From: a virus
IMG/VR virus record: IMGVR_UViG_3300047300_000501
Location: 10,203-74,202 of that record
DNA: 64,000 nt
Direction: 5' to 3' (one strand)
Shown here: piece after piece, positions 48,006-58,354 of the stretch
Layout of the letters: every line of letters begins with the position of its first letter
How positions within the stretch are numbered: position 1 is the first letter of the stretch
Notes under the pieces: generated by a model
Databases searched by the model: none
What the model was told of the DNA's origin: nothing
Seen by the model: the letters and a program-made list of their open reading frames with translations, nothing else
Made by a program: the position numbers and the translations under genes

Positions 48006-49218
48006 TACAGAGGCTAAACTAATAACTGCCGTTTTAGAAGATAAGCAGGTCCATGTTCTTCTACAAGCAAACATTGATAATCTGCTTAGAACACATAATG
48101 ATGTATGGAACTTTGTCAGAAATTACTTTGAGCACAACTCTGCTGTACCACCAGTTTCTCTTGTTGTTGAAAAGTTTAGAGACTTTGAACCTATTGCAGG
48201 AGTCGGTGCAACAAAGCATCACCTAGAAGAACTGCAAACAGAATATTTAACAGATAGTCTTAAAGATATTCTTAGGTCTGCTGCTTCAGATGTTCAAAGC
48301 GGTAATGGTGGAGAAGCACTAGAAAATCTAATTACCAAAACATCAGAACTGAAAAAGAATACTTCTGCTATTCGTGATATTGATGTAACAGATCTTGAGT
48401 CTGCAATTGCATATTTTGAAAACCTTAAGGTGCAGCAGGCTGCAGGTCATGTAGGAATTAAAACTAACCTACCAGGATTTGATAACTATCTTCCTTCTGG
48501 AATCATGCCTGGACAACTTGGAGTATTTCTTGCATACCCAGGAATTGGTAAGTCTTGGATGGCTCTATACTTTGCGGTACAAGCATGGAAGCAAGGGAAG
48601 ACACCACTAATCATTTCTCTTGAAATGAGTGAGACAGAAGTTCGTAACCGTGTATTTACAATCATGGGTGAGGGCTTATGGTCGCATAGAAAATTAAGTA
48701 ATGGCGATGTTGAGATTGACACGCTAAAGATGTGGCATGCTAAGCATCTTCAAGGTAAGCCTGAGTTCCATATTATTTCTAATGATCAAGGTGGAGAAAT
48801 TAACCCATCCGTTCTTCGTGGAAAGATCGACCAATATAAACCAGACTTTGTTATCGTAGACTACCTGCAGTTGATGGCTCCTAATCAGAAGTCAGATAAT
48901 GAAACGGTACGAATGAAGAACCTTTCACGAGAACTTAAACTAATGGCTATTGGCGAAGAGGTGCCTATCATTGCTATTTCATCTGCAACACCAGATGATG
49001 TTAACGACCTTAGCACTGTACCAACTCTTGGGCAAACTGCATGGTCACGACAGATTGCATATGATGCTGACTGGGTTATAGCCCTTGGCCGTGGTCAAAA
49101 TAGTGATGTGATTGAGTGTGCATTCCGTAAGAATCGTAATGGTTTTATGGGTGACTTCTTGGTTCAGGTAGACTTTGACAAGGGCTACTATCGATACAAA
49201 GACTTTGAAGATAAGTAG
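47998..49218 (+). CDS. dnaB: replicative DNA helicase, DnaB-like
   Basis: AYPGIGKS Walker A, ISLEMS, VIVDYLQLM, SRELKLMA, IAYDAD, KNRNG. Confidence 0.93.
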   Translation: MNNTEAKLITAVLEDKQVHVLLQANIDNLLRTHNDVWNFVRNYFEHNSAVPPVSLVVEKFRDFEPIAGVGATKHHLEELQTEYLTDSLKDILRSAASDVQSGNGGEALENLITKTSELKKNTSAIRDIDVTDLESAIAYFENLKVQQAAGHVGIKTNLPGFDNYLPSGIMPGQLGVFLAYPGIGKSWMALYFAVQAWKQGKTPLIISLEMSETEVRNRVFTIMGEGLWSHRKLSNGDVEIDTLKMWHAKHLQGKPEFHIISNDQGGEINPSVLRGKIDQYKPDFVIVDYLQLMAPNQKSDNETVRMKNLSRELKLMAIGEEVPIIAISSATPDDVNDLSTVPTLGQTAWSRQIAYDADWVIALGRGQNSDVIECAFRKNRNGFMGDFLVQVDFDKGYYRYKDFEDK

Positions 49219-49230
49219 TTATAATATGGT

Positions 49231-49557
49231 ATGGAAAATTTTCACCATAAGACAATTAAGAGGTTTAGCCTTGATGGGATCATCCATGATGAATCCGCCC
49301 TTGGCAGGCTTAAGTTGGAGTATACAAGACTCCTTCTTTCTGAGATGCGCTTATGTGGATATGTTCCAAGAATTGACATAGATCCAGACTTTACTATAGA
49401 CTATAATGAAAACAAACAATATTTTGAATTTGAGATATCAGTACACGGAGTATACGCAGGGAAAAGGAAAAGCGAATGGATAATAGGGATAGACGTAAAC
49501 AAGCCAATATATATACAAAAGAGCAAATCAAAAGAGTTCTCTCAGGAACAGGTATAA
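49231..49557 (+). CDS. conserved phage hypothetical protein
   Basis: GYVPRIDIDPDFT; overlaps the primase start; TATAAT just upstream. Confidence 0.6.
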   Translation: MENFHHKTIKRFSLDGIIHDESALGRLKLEYTRLLLSEMRLCGYVPRIDIDPDFTIDYNENKQYFEFEISVHGVYAGKRKSEWIIGIDVNKPIYIQKSKSKEFSQEQV

Positions 49558-50420
49558 ATGTTGAGTCTGAAGTTGACTCTGACTATATAATCTTTTGCCC
49601 ATTCCATAATAATAATCGCACACCCGCAGGAGAAGTTGACAAGAATAATGGCACATTTTTCTGTTTTGCTTGTCACCATGTAGCAGACTTAGTAGAGTTT
49701 GTAATGCACACATCAAATCGGACCTACTTTGAGTCTATTAGATTTATTAAAAGTAAAGAAACAGAACAAGATTTAGAGCGGGATATTAATCAAAAGTTAG
49801 TTGCCAAACCAGACTTTGTTCCGTTTGATGAACTTATCTTAAAGCGTTTGCATAAAAATGTATACGATTCCAATAAAGCAAAAGCCTATTATGCTTATAG
49901 AAAAATCAATCCAGATTCTATTCTTAAGTTTGGACTAGGATATTCTGAAAAGCAAGACATGGTAACTGTTCCAGTTCACAGTCCAGATGGAATGCCAGTT
50001 GGCTTTGTTGGTCGTTCAATTGAGGGCAAAGAGTTTAAGAATACTCCAGGACTTCCAAAAGCCAAAACTCTTTTTAATCTTAATAGGGTCAAGACTGCTG
50101 ATAGAGTATACGTGGTAGAGTCATCATTTGATGCTATTAGATTAGATCAGGTAGGATTTCCAGCGGTAGCAACGCTTGGATCAAATGTATCCAACATACA
50201 AATAGAATTGCTTCAGAAGTACTTTAACAATATAATTGTTATTGCAGATAACGATGAGGCAGGAGGAAACATGAAAGATAAGATAATTGAAAAACTTGGA
50301 TCTCGTGTTTCTGTTATACAACTAAATAAAGAATATAAGGACATTGGAGATATGCTAGATGAGGACATTAAGCAATTAGAGTTCTCATTTGACAAATCAA
50401 TCATGTCTATGCTAAACTAA
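49476..50420 (+). CDS. dnaG: DNA primase (CHC2 zinc finger + TOPRIM)
   Basis: CPFH...CFAC, VGFVGR, VVESSFDAI, ADNDEAG, KDIGD. Confidence 0.9.
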   Translation: MDNRDRRKQANIYTKEQIKRVLSGTGINVESEVDSDYIIFCPFHNNNRTPAGEVDKNNGTFFCFACHHVADLVEFVMHTSNRTYFESIRFIKSKETEQDLERDINQKLVAKPDFVPFDELILKRLHKNVYDSNKAKAYYAYRKINPDSILKFGLGYSEKQDMVTVPVHSPDGMPVGFVGRSIEGKEFKNTPGLPKAKTLFNLNRVKTADRVYVVESSFDAIRLDQVGFPAVATLGSNVSNIQIELLQKYFNNIIVIADNDEAGGNMKDKIIEKLGSRVSVIQLNKEYKDIGDMLDEDIKQLEFSFDKSIMSMLN

Positions 50421-50445
50421 TACAACAACAACAAAGGAGAAATAT

Positions 50446-51099
50446 ATGAGCGTAATTAAGGGACTCAAAGATATCAACGCCCTGCTCGACAAGCCAAAGT
50501 ATGAAAGCACAGGACAAAAGGTCCGTTGGGTAAAGTTATCTGATGGACAGTCAGCAAAGGTTCGTTTTGTAGAAGAACTTGATGCAGATTCAGCACACTA
50601 TAATGAAAGTCGTGGACTTTCTGTTGTAGTCTCAGAACACACTAATCCAAAGGATTATAAGCGCAAGGCTGCATGTACAATGGAGTCTGAAGGACGTTGC
50701 TTCGGTTGCGAAATGGCAAAGAAGGAGCCTAAGAGTGGTTGGAGAGCACGTTTGCGCTTCTACTGTAACGTTCTTATGAACGACGGACTCGAAGATCCAT
50801 ACATTGCTGTATGGTCACAGGGAATCTCAAAGCAGTCAGCATTCAACAACATTCGTGAATATGCACTTGATACAGGTAGCATTTCAAATCTTGAGTGGAA
50901 GTTAAAGCGTAATGGACAGGGAACTGAAACCAACTACACACTTCTTCCAAGCAAGCCAGATGCAGAGCCATTCAATTGGGATGGTTTTGAATACTTCAAC
51001 CTAGAAAAGGTTGTTCGTGAAGTTCCATATCCAGAGCAAGAAGCATTCTACTTTGGGTTTGATACTCCATCCGTTACCAGCACAAATATTGACTGGTAA
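50446..51099 (+). CDS. single-stranded DNA-binding protein (gp32-like)
   Basis: KVRF, H...C......C..C Zn site, KRNGQGTETNY, acidic aromatic tail. Confidence 0.7.
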   Translation: MSVIKGLKDINALLDKPKYESTGQKVRWVKLSDGQSAKVRFVEELDADSAHYNESRGLSVVVSEHTNPKDYKRKAACTMESEGRCFGCEMAKKEPKSGWRARLRFYCNVLMNDGLEDPYIAVWSQGISKQSAFNNIREYALDTGSISNLEWKLKRNGQGTETNYTLLPSKPDAEPFNWDGFEYFNLEKVVREVPYPEQEAFYFGFDTPSVTSTNIDW

Positions 51100-51102
51100 T
51101 AG

Positions 51103-54100
51103 ATGAATTACGTAGGCTTACACGTACATACCCACTATTCCCTCTTTGACGGAATCGCTACTCCAGAAGAATACATTGACCGTGCAGTTGAGTTAGGGAT
51201 GCCAGCAATTGCCATCACTGACCACGGTACTTTATCTGGGCATAGGGAACTGCACCGTATTGCAAAAGCGAAGGGTATTAAGCCTATCCTTGGTGTAGAA
51301 GGCTATATGTGTCAAGATAGATTTGATACTAGAGATAAGTCTGAAAGAGACGGAGATCTAGATCTAGTCTACAACCATATAGTTCTTCTCGCCAAGAACC
51401 AAATTGGTCTAGAGAACCTTAACAAAATTAATGAGATTGCATGGACAGAAGGTTATTTCAAGAAGCCAAGGTTTGACTTTGATATTCTTGAAAAATACTC
51501 AGAGGGTATCATTGTTACTTCTGCATGCCCAAGTAGCGTACTTGTAAAGGCTCTTGAGAATAATGAATTTGCGGTAGCAAAGAAGCACATTGAATGGTTT
51601 AAGCGGGTATTTAATGATGACTACTATATTGAGGTCATGCCACATAATCAGGCAGAAATCAATAAGCAGTTAATTCAGTTGGCAGATGAGTTTGGTGTTC
51701 AGGTTGTAGTTACTCCTGACTGCCACCACAGTTCTGTCGATCAGAAGGAGATTCAAGAATTCAAACTTCTGTTAAATACACATGTCAAAATAGACAAAGA
51801 GCATACATTTGAAAAGTCAAAGAAGTTTGACAATATGATGGAACGCTTGGATTACCTATACGGACATGATCGTCAAATTACATTCAATGAGTTTGACATT
51901 CATCTTCTTTCGTACGAAGAGATGAAGTCTGCAATGGAAGCACAGGGTATTGATAGACCAGATATTTATTCCAATACTCTTTCCATTGCTGAAAAAGTTG
52001 GGGACTATGGAATTCAAGAAGGCTTAGACCTTCTTCCAGCACAGTACAAGGATCCAGATGGAGAACTAAGAGAAGCAGCGTTTGCAGGTTTGATTGATAG
52101 AGATGTAAATACTAAAGAGTATCACGATAGGCTAGAAGAAGAACTAAAGGTTATTAAGGATAAGAAGTTTGCACCTTACTTCCTGGTAGTTCGTAACATG
52201 ATTGCATGGGCTAAACGAGAAGGCATCATGGTTGGTCCTGGTCGTGGTTCTGCTGCAGGCTCTTTGCTTTGCTATGCATTAGAGATTACTGATATTGATC
52301 CAATTAAGCATGGACTTTTGTTCTTCCGCTTTATCAATCCAGAGCGTAATGACTTCCCAGATATTGATACAGATATTCAAGACTCTCGTCGTGAAGAGGT
52401 AAAAGATTATCTTGTTAGACAGTATCGACATGTTGCATCTATTGCTACATTCCTTTCCTTTAAAGATAAGGGTGTTGTACGAGATGTTGCACGAGTATTA
52501 AACATTCCTCTTACAGATGTTAACAAGGTTCTTAAACTTGTAGACACTTGGGATGAATTCTGTACATCAAAAACAACACGGGAGTTCCGTGAGAAATATC
52601 CAGAGGTAGAAATTTATGGAGAGCAATTACGTGGTCGTATTAGAGGTACTGGCATTCACGCTGCTGGTGTTGTCACTAGTAAAGATCCTATTTTTAGGTA
52701 CGCACCAATGGAAACACGTTCTTCTACTGGCAGCGATGAGCGTATTCCTGTTGTTGCGGTGGACATGGAAGAGGCTGAAAAGATTGGTCTTATCAAGATC
52801 GACGCACTTGGACTTAAAACTTTAAGTGTTGTTAAAGATGCTTTAGAAATTATTCAGGAGCGAGATGGTAAATTTATCGACCCTCTTAAGATTCCAATGG
52901 ATGATCCAAACGTCTATCAAATGCTTTCTGACGGATATACAAAGGGTGTCTTCCAGTGTGAAGCAGCACCATACACCAACCTTCTTGTAAAGATGGGTGT
53001 AAAAAATCTTGCTGAACTTGCTGCTTCAAATGCTCTAGTTCGTCCAGGTGCTATGAACACAATTGGAAAAGATTATATTGAACGTAAGCATGGTCGTCAA
53101 AATATTGGCTATACTCACCAGGTACTAAAAGATTTTACGGAGGAGACCTATGGTTGTATTCTTTACCAGGAACAAGTTATGCAGGCATGCGTATCCCTTG
53201 GCGGTATGTCCATGTCGGAGGCAGATAAAGTTAGAAAGATCATTGGAAAGAAAAAAGATGCTAAAGAGTTTGATGTGTTTCAGGATAAATTCATTGAGGG
53301 TGCATCTCGCTTTGTTTCTCCTAATATTGCTCGTGACCTGTGGCATGACTTTGAAGCGCATGCAGGATACTCATTTAATAAATCACACGCCGTTGCCTAC
53401 TCCACTCTTTCATACTGGACAGCATGGTTAAAATATCACTACCCACTAGAGTTTATGTACTCATTACTAAAGAATGAAAAGGATAAAGATGCGAGAACTG
53501 AATATCTTATTGAAGCAAAAAGAATGGGGATTAGCATTAAACTTCCTCACATTAATGATTCAGATATCGATTTTAAAATTGAGGGTAAAGGGATTAGGTT
53601 TGGTCTGTCTGGGATTAAGTATATTTCCGACAAGATTGCAGAAAGGTACATTTCAGCAAGACCCTTTGATTCGTATGCTCAACTTGAGGAGTTTACTTTT
53701 ACAAAAGGAAACGGAGTTAACTCTCGTGCTCTACAAGCACTACGAATTATCGGCGCAGCAACGTTTAAAGATAATCCAAGAAATGAACAAGAGATCAAAG
53801 AGAACCTTTACGAATATTTAAACCTTCCAGAGTTTAATATATCTGTTCCTTCTCACTACCATGCTTTCATTAGTCCAATAGAAGACTATGAAGAGAAGGG
53901 GTCTTTTATTCTTATGGGTATGGTTAAGTCAATCAAGAGAGCAAAAGGCTGGTCTAGAGTTGAGATACTCGATAAGACTGGTAGTGCAGGAATATTTGAT
54001 GACGAGAATACTACTATTGAGGCTGGAACATCTTATATTATTTTAGCAAATGATAATAGAATTTTGTCTGCTATACCCGTAGATCAAATTAAGGGTTCAG

Positions 54101-54375
54101 CAAATGCAATGATTAAGTTTTTAAACTACAAGCAATTACCATTTAAGGATGAAGAAATGTTTGTGGTATCATTTAAACCTAGGGTAACAAAACAAGGGAA
54201 AAAGATGGCATCATTAACAGTAGCAGATACTTCAAGAAATCTGCATTCTATTACTGTATTCCCAACCTCATTTGCAAAAGCATATATGAAAATTGAAGAG
54301 GGCAATGCCTATAAGTTTAGTTTAGGAAAGACTAAAGATGGAACAGTTATATTGGAGGATGTAAATAATGCTTGA
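51103..54375 (+). CDS. dnaE: DNA polymerase III alpha subunit
   Basis: LHVHTHYSLFDG, ITDHG (PHP); GRGSAAGS, FPDIDTD, GIHAAGVV, KIDALGL, YSFNKSHA. Confidence 0.97.
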   Translation: MNYVGLHVHTHYSLFDGIATPEEYIDRAVELGMPAIAITDHGTLSGHRELHRIAKAKGIKPILGVEGYMCQDRFDTRDKSERDGDLDLVYNHIVLLAKNQIGLENLNKINEIAWTEGYFKKPRFDFDILEKYSEGIIVTSACPSSVLVKALENNEFAVAKKHIEWFKRVFNDDYYIEVMPHNQAEINKQLIQLADEFGVQVVVTPDCHHSSVDQKEIQEFKLLLNTHVKIDKEHTFEKSKKFDNMMERLDYLYGHDRQITFNEFDIHLLSYEEMKSAMEAQGIDRPDIYSNTLSIAEKVGDYGIQEGLDLLPAQYKDPDGELREAAFAGLIDRDVNTKEYHDRLEEELKVIKDKKFAPYFLVVRNMIAWAKREGIMVGPGRGSAAGSLLCYALEITDIDPIKHGLLFFRFINPERNDFPDIDTDIQDSRREEVKDYLVRQYRHVASIATFLSFKDKGVVRDVARVLNIPLTDVNKVLKLVDTWDEFCTSKTTREFREKYPEVEIYGEQLRGRIRGTGIHAAGVVTSKDPIFRYAPMETRSSTGSDERIPVVAVDMEEAEKIGLIKIDALGLKTLSVVKDALEIIQERDGKFIDPLKIPMDDPNVYQMLSDGYTKGVFQCEAAPYTNLLVKMGVKNLAELAASNALVRPGAMNTIGKDYIERKHGRQNIGYTHQVLKDFTEETYGCILYQEQVMQACVSLGGMSMSEADKVRKIIGKKKDAKEFDVFQDKFIEGASRFVSPNIARDLWHDFEAHAGYSFNKSHAVAYSTLSYWTAWLKYHYPLEFMYSLLKNEKDKDARTEYLIEAKRMGISIKLPHINDSDIDFKIEGKGIRFGLSGIKYISDKIAERYISARPFDSYAQLEEFTFTKGNGVNSRALQALRIIGAATFKDNPRNEQEIKENLYEYLNLPEFNISVPSHYHAFISPIEDYEEKGSFILMGMVKSIKRAKGWSRVEILDKTGSAGIFDDENTTIEAGTSYIILANDNRILSAIPVDQIKGSANAMIKFLNYKQLPFKDEEMFVVSFKPRVTKQGKKMASLTVADTSRNLHSITVFPTSFAKAYMKIEEGNAYKFSLGKTKDGTVILEDVNNA

Positions 54376-54691
54376 TGATTTAGCAATGGAACTACACAAG
54401 ACAGCAGTAACAAAAGGATTTTGGCCAGAGGTTGAGGATGTTGACGATATCTTTATTGCCAAACAGTGCATGATGATTGTTTCTGAGGTAACAGAGGTTA
54501 TGGAAGCAATTAGAAAAGATAAGGGAGAAGAAGAGATTACAAAAGAGGTAGCCGATATCCTCATCAGAACATTAGACCTATATGCTGGTTTAGTTGAGTC
54601 TGGCTACACAAAACTATCTCTTGACTATTCATTAGATGAAAAAACACAGTTTAATAAAACTAGACCAGAAAAGCATGGGGTAAGATTCTAA
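54368..54691 (+). CDS. MazG-like NTP pyrophosphohydrolase
   Basis: IVSEVTEVMEAIRK...EVADILIR..D. Confidence 0.8.
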   Translation: MLDDLAMELHKTAVTKGFWPEVEDVDDIFIAKQCMMIVSEVTEVMEAIRKDKGEEEITKEVADILIRTLDLYAGLVESGYTKLSLDYSLDEKTQFNKTRPEKHGVRF

Positions 54692-55704
54692 TGTCAGTAA
54701 CAGTAGAAGATGTATTAGCCAACTTAAATCCTAAGTTACGCAAGAACATAATGTCTGGTGATGAAATGCCAAAGACAGAGTATGCAAAGACCCCTAGTTT
54801 TGGTTTAAACCGTGCCTTAAATGGTGGCCTGCCATATGGTCGACAGGTGCTTATTTGGGGCTCAAAGTCCTCTGCAAAGTCTTCTTTATGCCTTCAGATG
54901 ATCGGTTTAGCACAACAAGAAGGAAAGATATGCGCTTGGATCGATGCTGAGATGTCATATGATCAAGAATGGGCTCAAAGACTTGGTGTAGACACCTCAA
55001 AATTGATTGTTTCACGAGCAAGAACTATTAACGAAATGGTAGATGTTGGTGTACAATTAATGGAGGCGGGAGTAGATATGATTGTTGTTGACTCGATAAC
55101 TTCTTTACTACCAGCAATTTATTTTGAAAAGGATTCAGATGAACTCAAGCAACTTGAGAACACCAAGCAAATTGGGGCAGAGTCACGTGACTTTAGCAAC
55201 GCTTGGAAAATGCTTAACTATGCAAACAATAAAGTTAAGCCAACTTTGCTTGTTCTTATTTCTCAGTCTCGCAACAATATTAATGCTATGTATACTAGCC
55301 AGCAGCCTACTGGTGGTCAGGCTACTAAGTTTTATTCCTCAACTGTTATTAAGTTATTTTCATCAGAATCTGACAACCAAGCGCTGAAAGGAAAAATACA
55401 TGTTGGTGACAAACTTATTGAAGAAAAGATTGGTAGAGAGGTTAGATGGGAACTCCAGTTTTCTAAAACTTCTGCTGGTTTTCAGTCTGGCAAGTATGAT
55501 TTCTATTTTAGAGGGGATAGTGTGGGCATTGACTCTATCGGTGATCTTTCTGACACTGCTGAATCTCTGGGGATAATTAATCGCACAGGTGCATGGTATC
55601 AACTAGATGATGGCACAAAGGTGCAGGGTAGAGATGCGTTCATCAACAGACTAAGAGAGGACCTTGATCTTCAAGAAATGATTAAGAATAAAATAGATGC
55701 CTAA
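54691..55704 (+). CDS. recA: RecA/UvsX-like recombinase
   Basis: GGLPYGR..IWGSKSSAKS, WIDAE, IVVDSI, GGQATKFYSS, GAWY. Confidence 0.9.
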   Translation: MSVTVEDVLANLNPKLRKNIMSGDEMPKTEYAKTPSFGLNRALNGGLPYGRQVLIWGSKSSAKSSLCLQMIGLAQQEGKICAWIDAEMSYDQEWAQRLGVDTSKLIVSRARTINEMVDVGVQLMEAGVDMIVVDSITSLLPAIYFEKDSDELKQLENTKQIGAESRDFSNAWKMLNYANNKVKPTLLVLISQSRNNINAMYTSQQPTGGQATKFYSSTVIKLFSSESDNQALKGKIHVGDKLIEEKIGREVRWELQFSKTSAGFQSGKYDFYFRGDSVGIDSIGDLSDTAESLGIINRTGAWYQLDDGTKVQGRDAFINRLREDLDLQEMIKNKIDA

Positions 55705-55879
55705 CTACACTATCTATAGTGGCACATTTCTATGTCAAACATGTAAGGATGAGGTAAAAACCTTAAGGCTTTATCCTATAACACAAGAAGCAACCTGGAT
55801 GTGTAAAAGTAAGCACATCAGCAAGGTCTCATTTGCTAAAAGAAAGAAGAGCGACTTTGAGCGAGAAGAACGAGAGTAA
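55697..55879 (+). CDS. small zinc-binding protein
   Basis: CQTC...CKSKH. Confidence 0.55.
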   Translation: MPNYTIYSGTFLCQTCKDEVKTLRLYPITQEATWMCKSKHISKVSFAKRKKSDFEREERE

Positions 55880-56141
55880 AAGAATTGGTGCTAAACAGCA
55901 TAAGAATTCAGGACGGAATACACACAAGGGCGATGCAACCTGGAACAATTTTACTGTAGACTTTAAGGAGTGCGGTAAGTCATTTGCTCTTAATAGAGAT
56001 GTCTGGGCAAAGGCTGTTACAGATGCCATTAGGAATGGCAATGATCCAATGATCCTGCTTGTTTTGGGTGAGGGCAATCAAAAGATTAGGTTGGCCATAA
56101 CAGAGTTTGAAATTTTAGAGCAATTTTACGATGGTGTATAA
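55857..56141 (+). CDS. PD-(D/E)XK Holliday-junction resolvase-like nuclease
   Basis: NSGR..KGDA.....VDFKE..KSF. Confidence 0.6.
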   Translation: MSEKNESKRIGAKQHKNSGRNTHKGDATWNNFTVDFKECGKSFALNRDVWAKAVTDAIRNGNDPMILLVLGEGNQKIRLAITEFEILEQFYDGV

Positions 56142-56159
56142 TAGGAATAAGGAGATATA

Positions 56160-56774
56160 ATGAGAGAAGACGAAATTAATACGATTGTTGAAAATGTTTT
56201 TACAAGAGAAGAAATTGATGCAATCTATAAAGCAGTAGAGAATAATGTTGGCTCATCTTTTATTGAGCCACACTCACAGGCAAACACATTCATTCATTTG
56301 CCAGATGAGATTTTAGACAAGGTCACAAAGATGGTTAGAGAACTATCAAATAATAGTAACCTTGTAATTTCTGAATATTGCCATGCACGTTATGCCAATG
56401 TGACGAGCAACTGTGGTAAGTTTCATTTTAAGCCATCTTTATTTCCACACGTAGATGAAACATTTAAGGAGCCACGATTTACATTTGACTATCAGTTAAA
56501 TGGCAATATTGAATGGCCAATTATTGTTGCACCAGATAAAAGTTTTTCACTAAAAAATAATCAAGCAGTTACATTTTCTGGAACCCATCAAGTTCACTGG
56601 AGAGAGCCACAGTTATTCTCAGATGATCAGTTTGTTGAGATGATATTTTTTCACTGCACTGATCCAACAATGCCTCCAAAGACCCAAGAGTTTACTGACT
56701 CTATGGTAGCAAAAGCACTTAGATATAAGAAGACTTTTTTTGCTAATGGTGGATTCTCAAACAATGGAAATTGA
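56160..56774 (+). CDS. putative 2OG-Fe(II) oxygenase
   Basis: LFPHVD, DYQL..NIEWPI, FSGTHQVHWRE, MIFFH. Confidence 0.65.
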   Translation: MREDEINTIVENVFTREEIDAIYKAVENNVGSSFIEPHSQANTFIHLPDEILDKVTKMVRELSNNSNLVISEYCHARYANVTSNCGKFHFKPSLFPHVDETFKEPRFTFDYQLNGNIEWPIIVAPDKSFSLKNNQAVTFSGTHQVHWREPQLFSDDQFVEMIFFHCTDPTMPPKTQEFTDSMVAKALRYKKTFFANGGFSNNGN

Positions 56775-57501
56775 TATTGCCCCAATGCACAAGTTTTTAA
56801 CTTCTATGGAGAAGTATAAAACAAAGTTGCCATTCTATATAGATAATTTATATTCAGAAGAAGATATGAATGAATTGAGGGCCTTGTGGGATAAAGGACG
56901 TAGTTACGAGCCAATACTTTATGGTCCTAATGAAAAGCATGATACTGAGCCACCAAATGTGTTAACTAGGTATCGACCAAAGCATATTAAGCATATGTCA
57001 AGAATGCTTTTAGAATTTGAGATGCCTAAGTCAATTGAGCAAAAACTTGATCAAATTGCAAAACCAGTATATGAAGGAGACATTGCTCTTTGCCACTATA
57101 ACTATATTGAGTACAACTTAAAGTTTGGGGATGGGAATGATCCAATACTTCCGCCACACTTAGATGGCGATGAGAATCTTGTTACCATTAATACAAACGT
57201 CGGTGGCAATATTGATTGGGATATTTATATTGACGGTATTAGATATGAGTTGCCAGTTGGAAAAACTGTTGTATTTTCTGCAATCAATCAGGTTCATTGG
57301 AGACCAAAAAGAAAATTTAAAGATGGTGAGTATCTTGAAATATTAAGTGCTGACTATTGTCCCATTGATAACTATAGGTTTACTGGCAAGTTAAACCCTA
57401 TTGATCCACTTAAGTTTCCAGAACAACGTAAACAGCATGTGCTACAAGTACAGCAGCATCCAAAATCTATTGCAGCATGGGATATGTATAATGCTCAATA
57501 A
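56764..57501 (+). CDS. putative 2OG-Fe(II) oxygenase (paralog)
   Basis: LPPHLD, NIDWDI, FSAINQVHWRP. Confidence 0.65.
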   Translation: MEIDIAPMHKFLTSMEKYKTKLPFYIDNLYSEEDMNELRALWDKGRSYEPILYGPNEKHDTEPPNVLTRYRPKHIKHMSRMLLEFEMPKSIEQKLDQIAKPVYEGDIALCHYNYIEYNLKFGDGNDPILPPHLDGDENLVTINTNVGGNIDWDIYIDGIRYELPVGKTVVFSAINQVHWRPKRKFKDGEYLEILSADYCPIDNYRFTGKLNPIDPLKFPEQRKQHVLQVQQHPKSIAAWDMYNAQ

Positions 57502-58015
57502 GGTTTATGAAAATTTTTACACACCAGAAGAAAAACAGCAATTAGATAACTACATTATGAATGTTGTTTATAAATCAAAAAACTATGCTATGGAAAAGGC
57601 TTTAGGTAGATACTATGGTGTAATACAGGATAAGTTTATGTCGTACGATGCTATTGGAATGTTTCCAGCAAATCTATTAGACAAAACTAGAATATTTGCT
57701 GAACAACATTTTGGGGTTAGTAATTTAGAAATTTTTGATATTATAATTATTAAATACTGTACAGATAATAACCTTGTCCCCAAACTTGATATGCATAAAG
57801 ATGGTGGCATTTTAACTAAGTATACTGTAGACTATCAGCATAGTTCAAATATTTCTTGGCCAGTAATAGTTGAAGATCAAGAGTATACTATTAGTGACAA
57901 TGGAGTTTTAACCTTTATTGGAACAAAGCAGATGCATGGAAGAAACAACAGGGTTTTTAATAAACAAGATTATGTACAAAATATATTTTTCCAATTTACA
58001 GAAAAGAGAAAATAA
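57491..58015 (+). CDS. putative 2OG-Fe(II) oxygenase (paralog)
   Basis: LDMHKD, DYQ...NISWPV, FIGTKQMHGR, NIFFQF. Confidence 0.65.
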   Translation: MLNKVYENFYTPEEKQQLDNYIMNVVYKSKNYAMEKALGRYYGVIQDKFMSYDAIGMFPANLLDKTRIFAEQHFGVSNLEIFDIIIIKYCTDNNLVPKLDMHKDGGILTKYTVDYQHSSNISWPVIVEDQEYTISDNGVLTFIGTKQMHGRNNRVFNKQDYVQNIFFQFTEKRK

Positions 58016-58317
58016 TGAATAATGAAACAACAATAGATATGGTAAATGGTCTTGCAGAAATTGCAGACTATATGGAAGACGAAGAACTAACTCAGGCCTT
58101 AACCTTTATTGCTAAAGTAATTGTTAAGCCAGATATCCCACTTAACGTGGCAACAATTGAGATCGTAAGACTACAGGCAATTGCTGCAAAGATGGCTTTT
58201 AAGGCCACATGGATGGCTAACGTGGACAAGTCTGATCGTGGAAAAAAGAACCTTTACTACACTGCTGCAGAGTCAATTAACAATCTTGTCTCAGCACTCA
58301 AATATATCACACGATGA
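58015..58317 (+). CDS. conserved phage hypothetical protein
   Basis: Helical 100-aa coupled ORF. Confidence 0.6.
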   Translation: MNNETTIDMVNGLAEIADYMEDEELTQALTFIAKVIVKPDIPLNVATIEIVRLQAIAAKMAFKATWMANVDKSDRGKKNLYYTAAESINNLVSALKYITR

Positions 58318-58354
58318 TATCTGATATACTTATAAGAACAGAAACGAGTTTAGA

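Noticed and set aside
56160-58015. TET/JBP-type DNA base hypermodification cluster
   Set aside because: No DNA methyltransferase, thymidylate-synthase-like or nucleotide kinase partner recognised in the window. Cannot be excluded for the rest of the genome.
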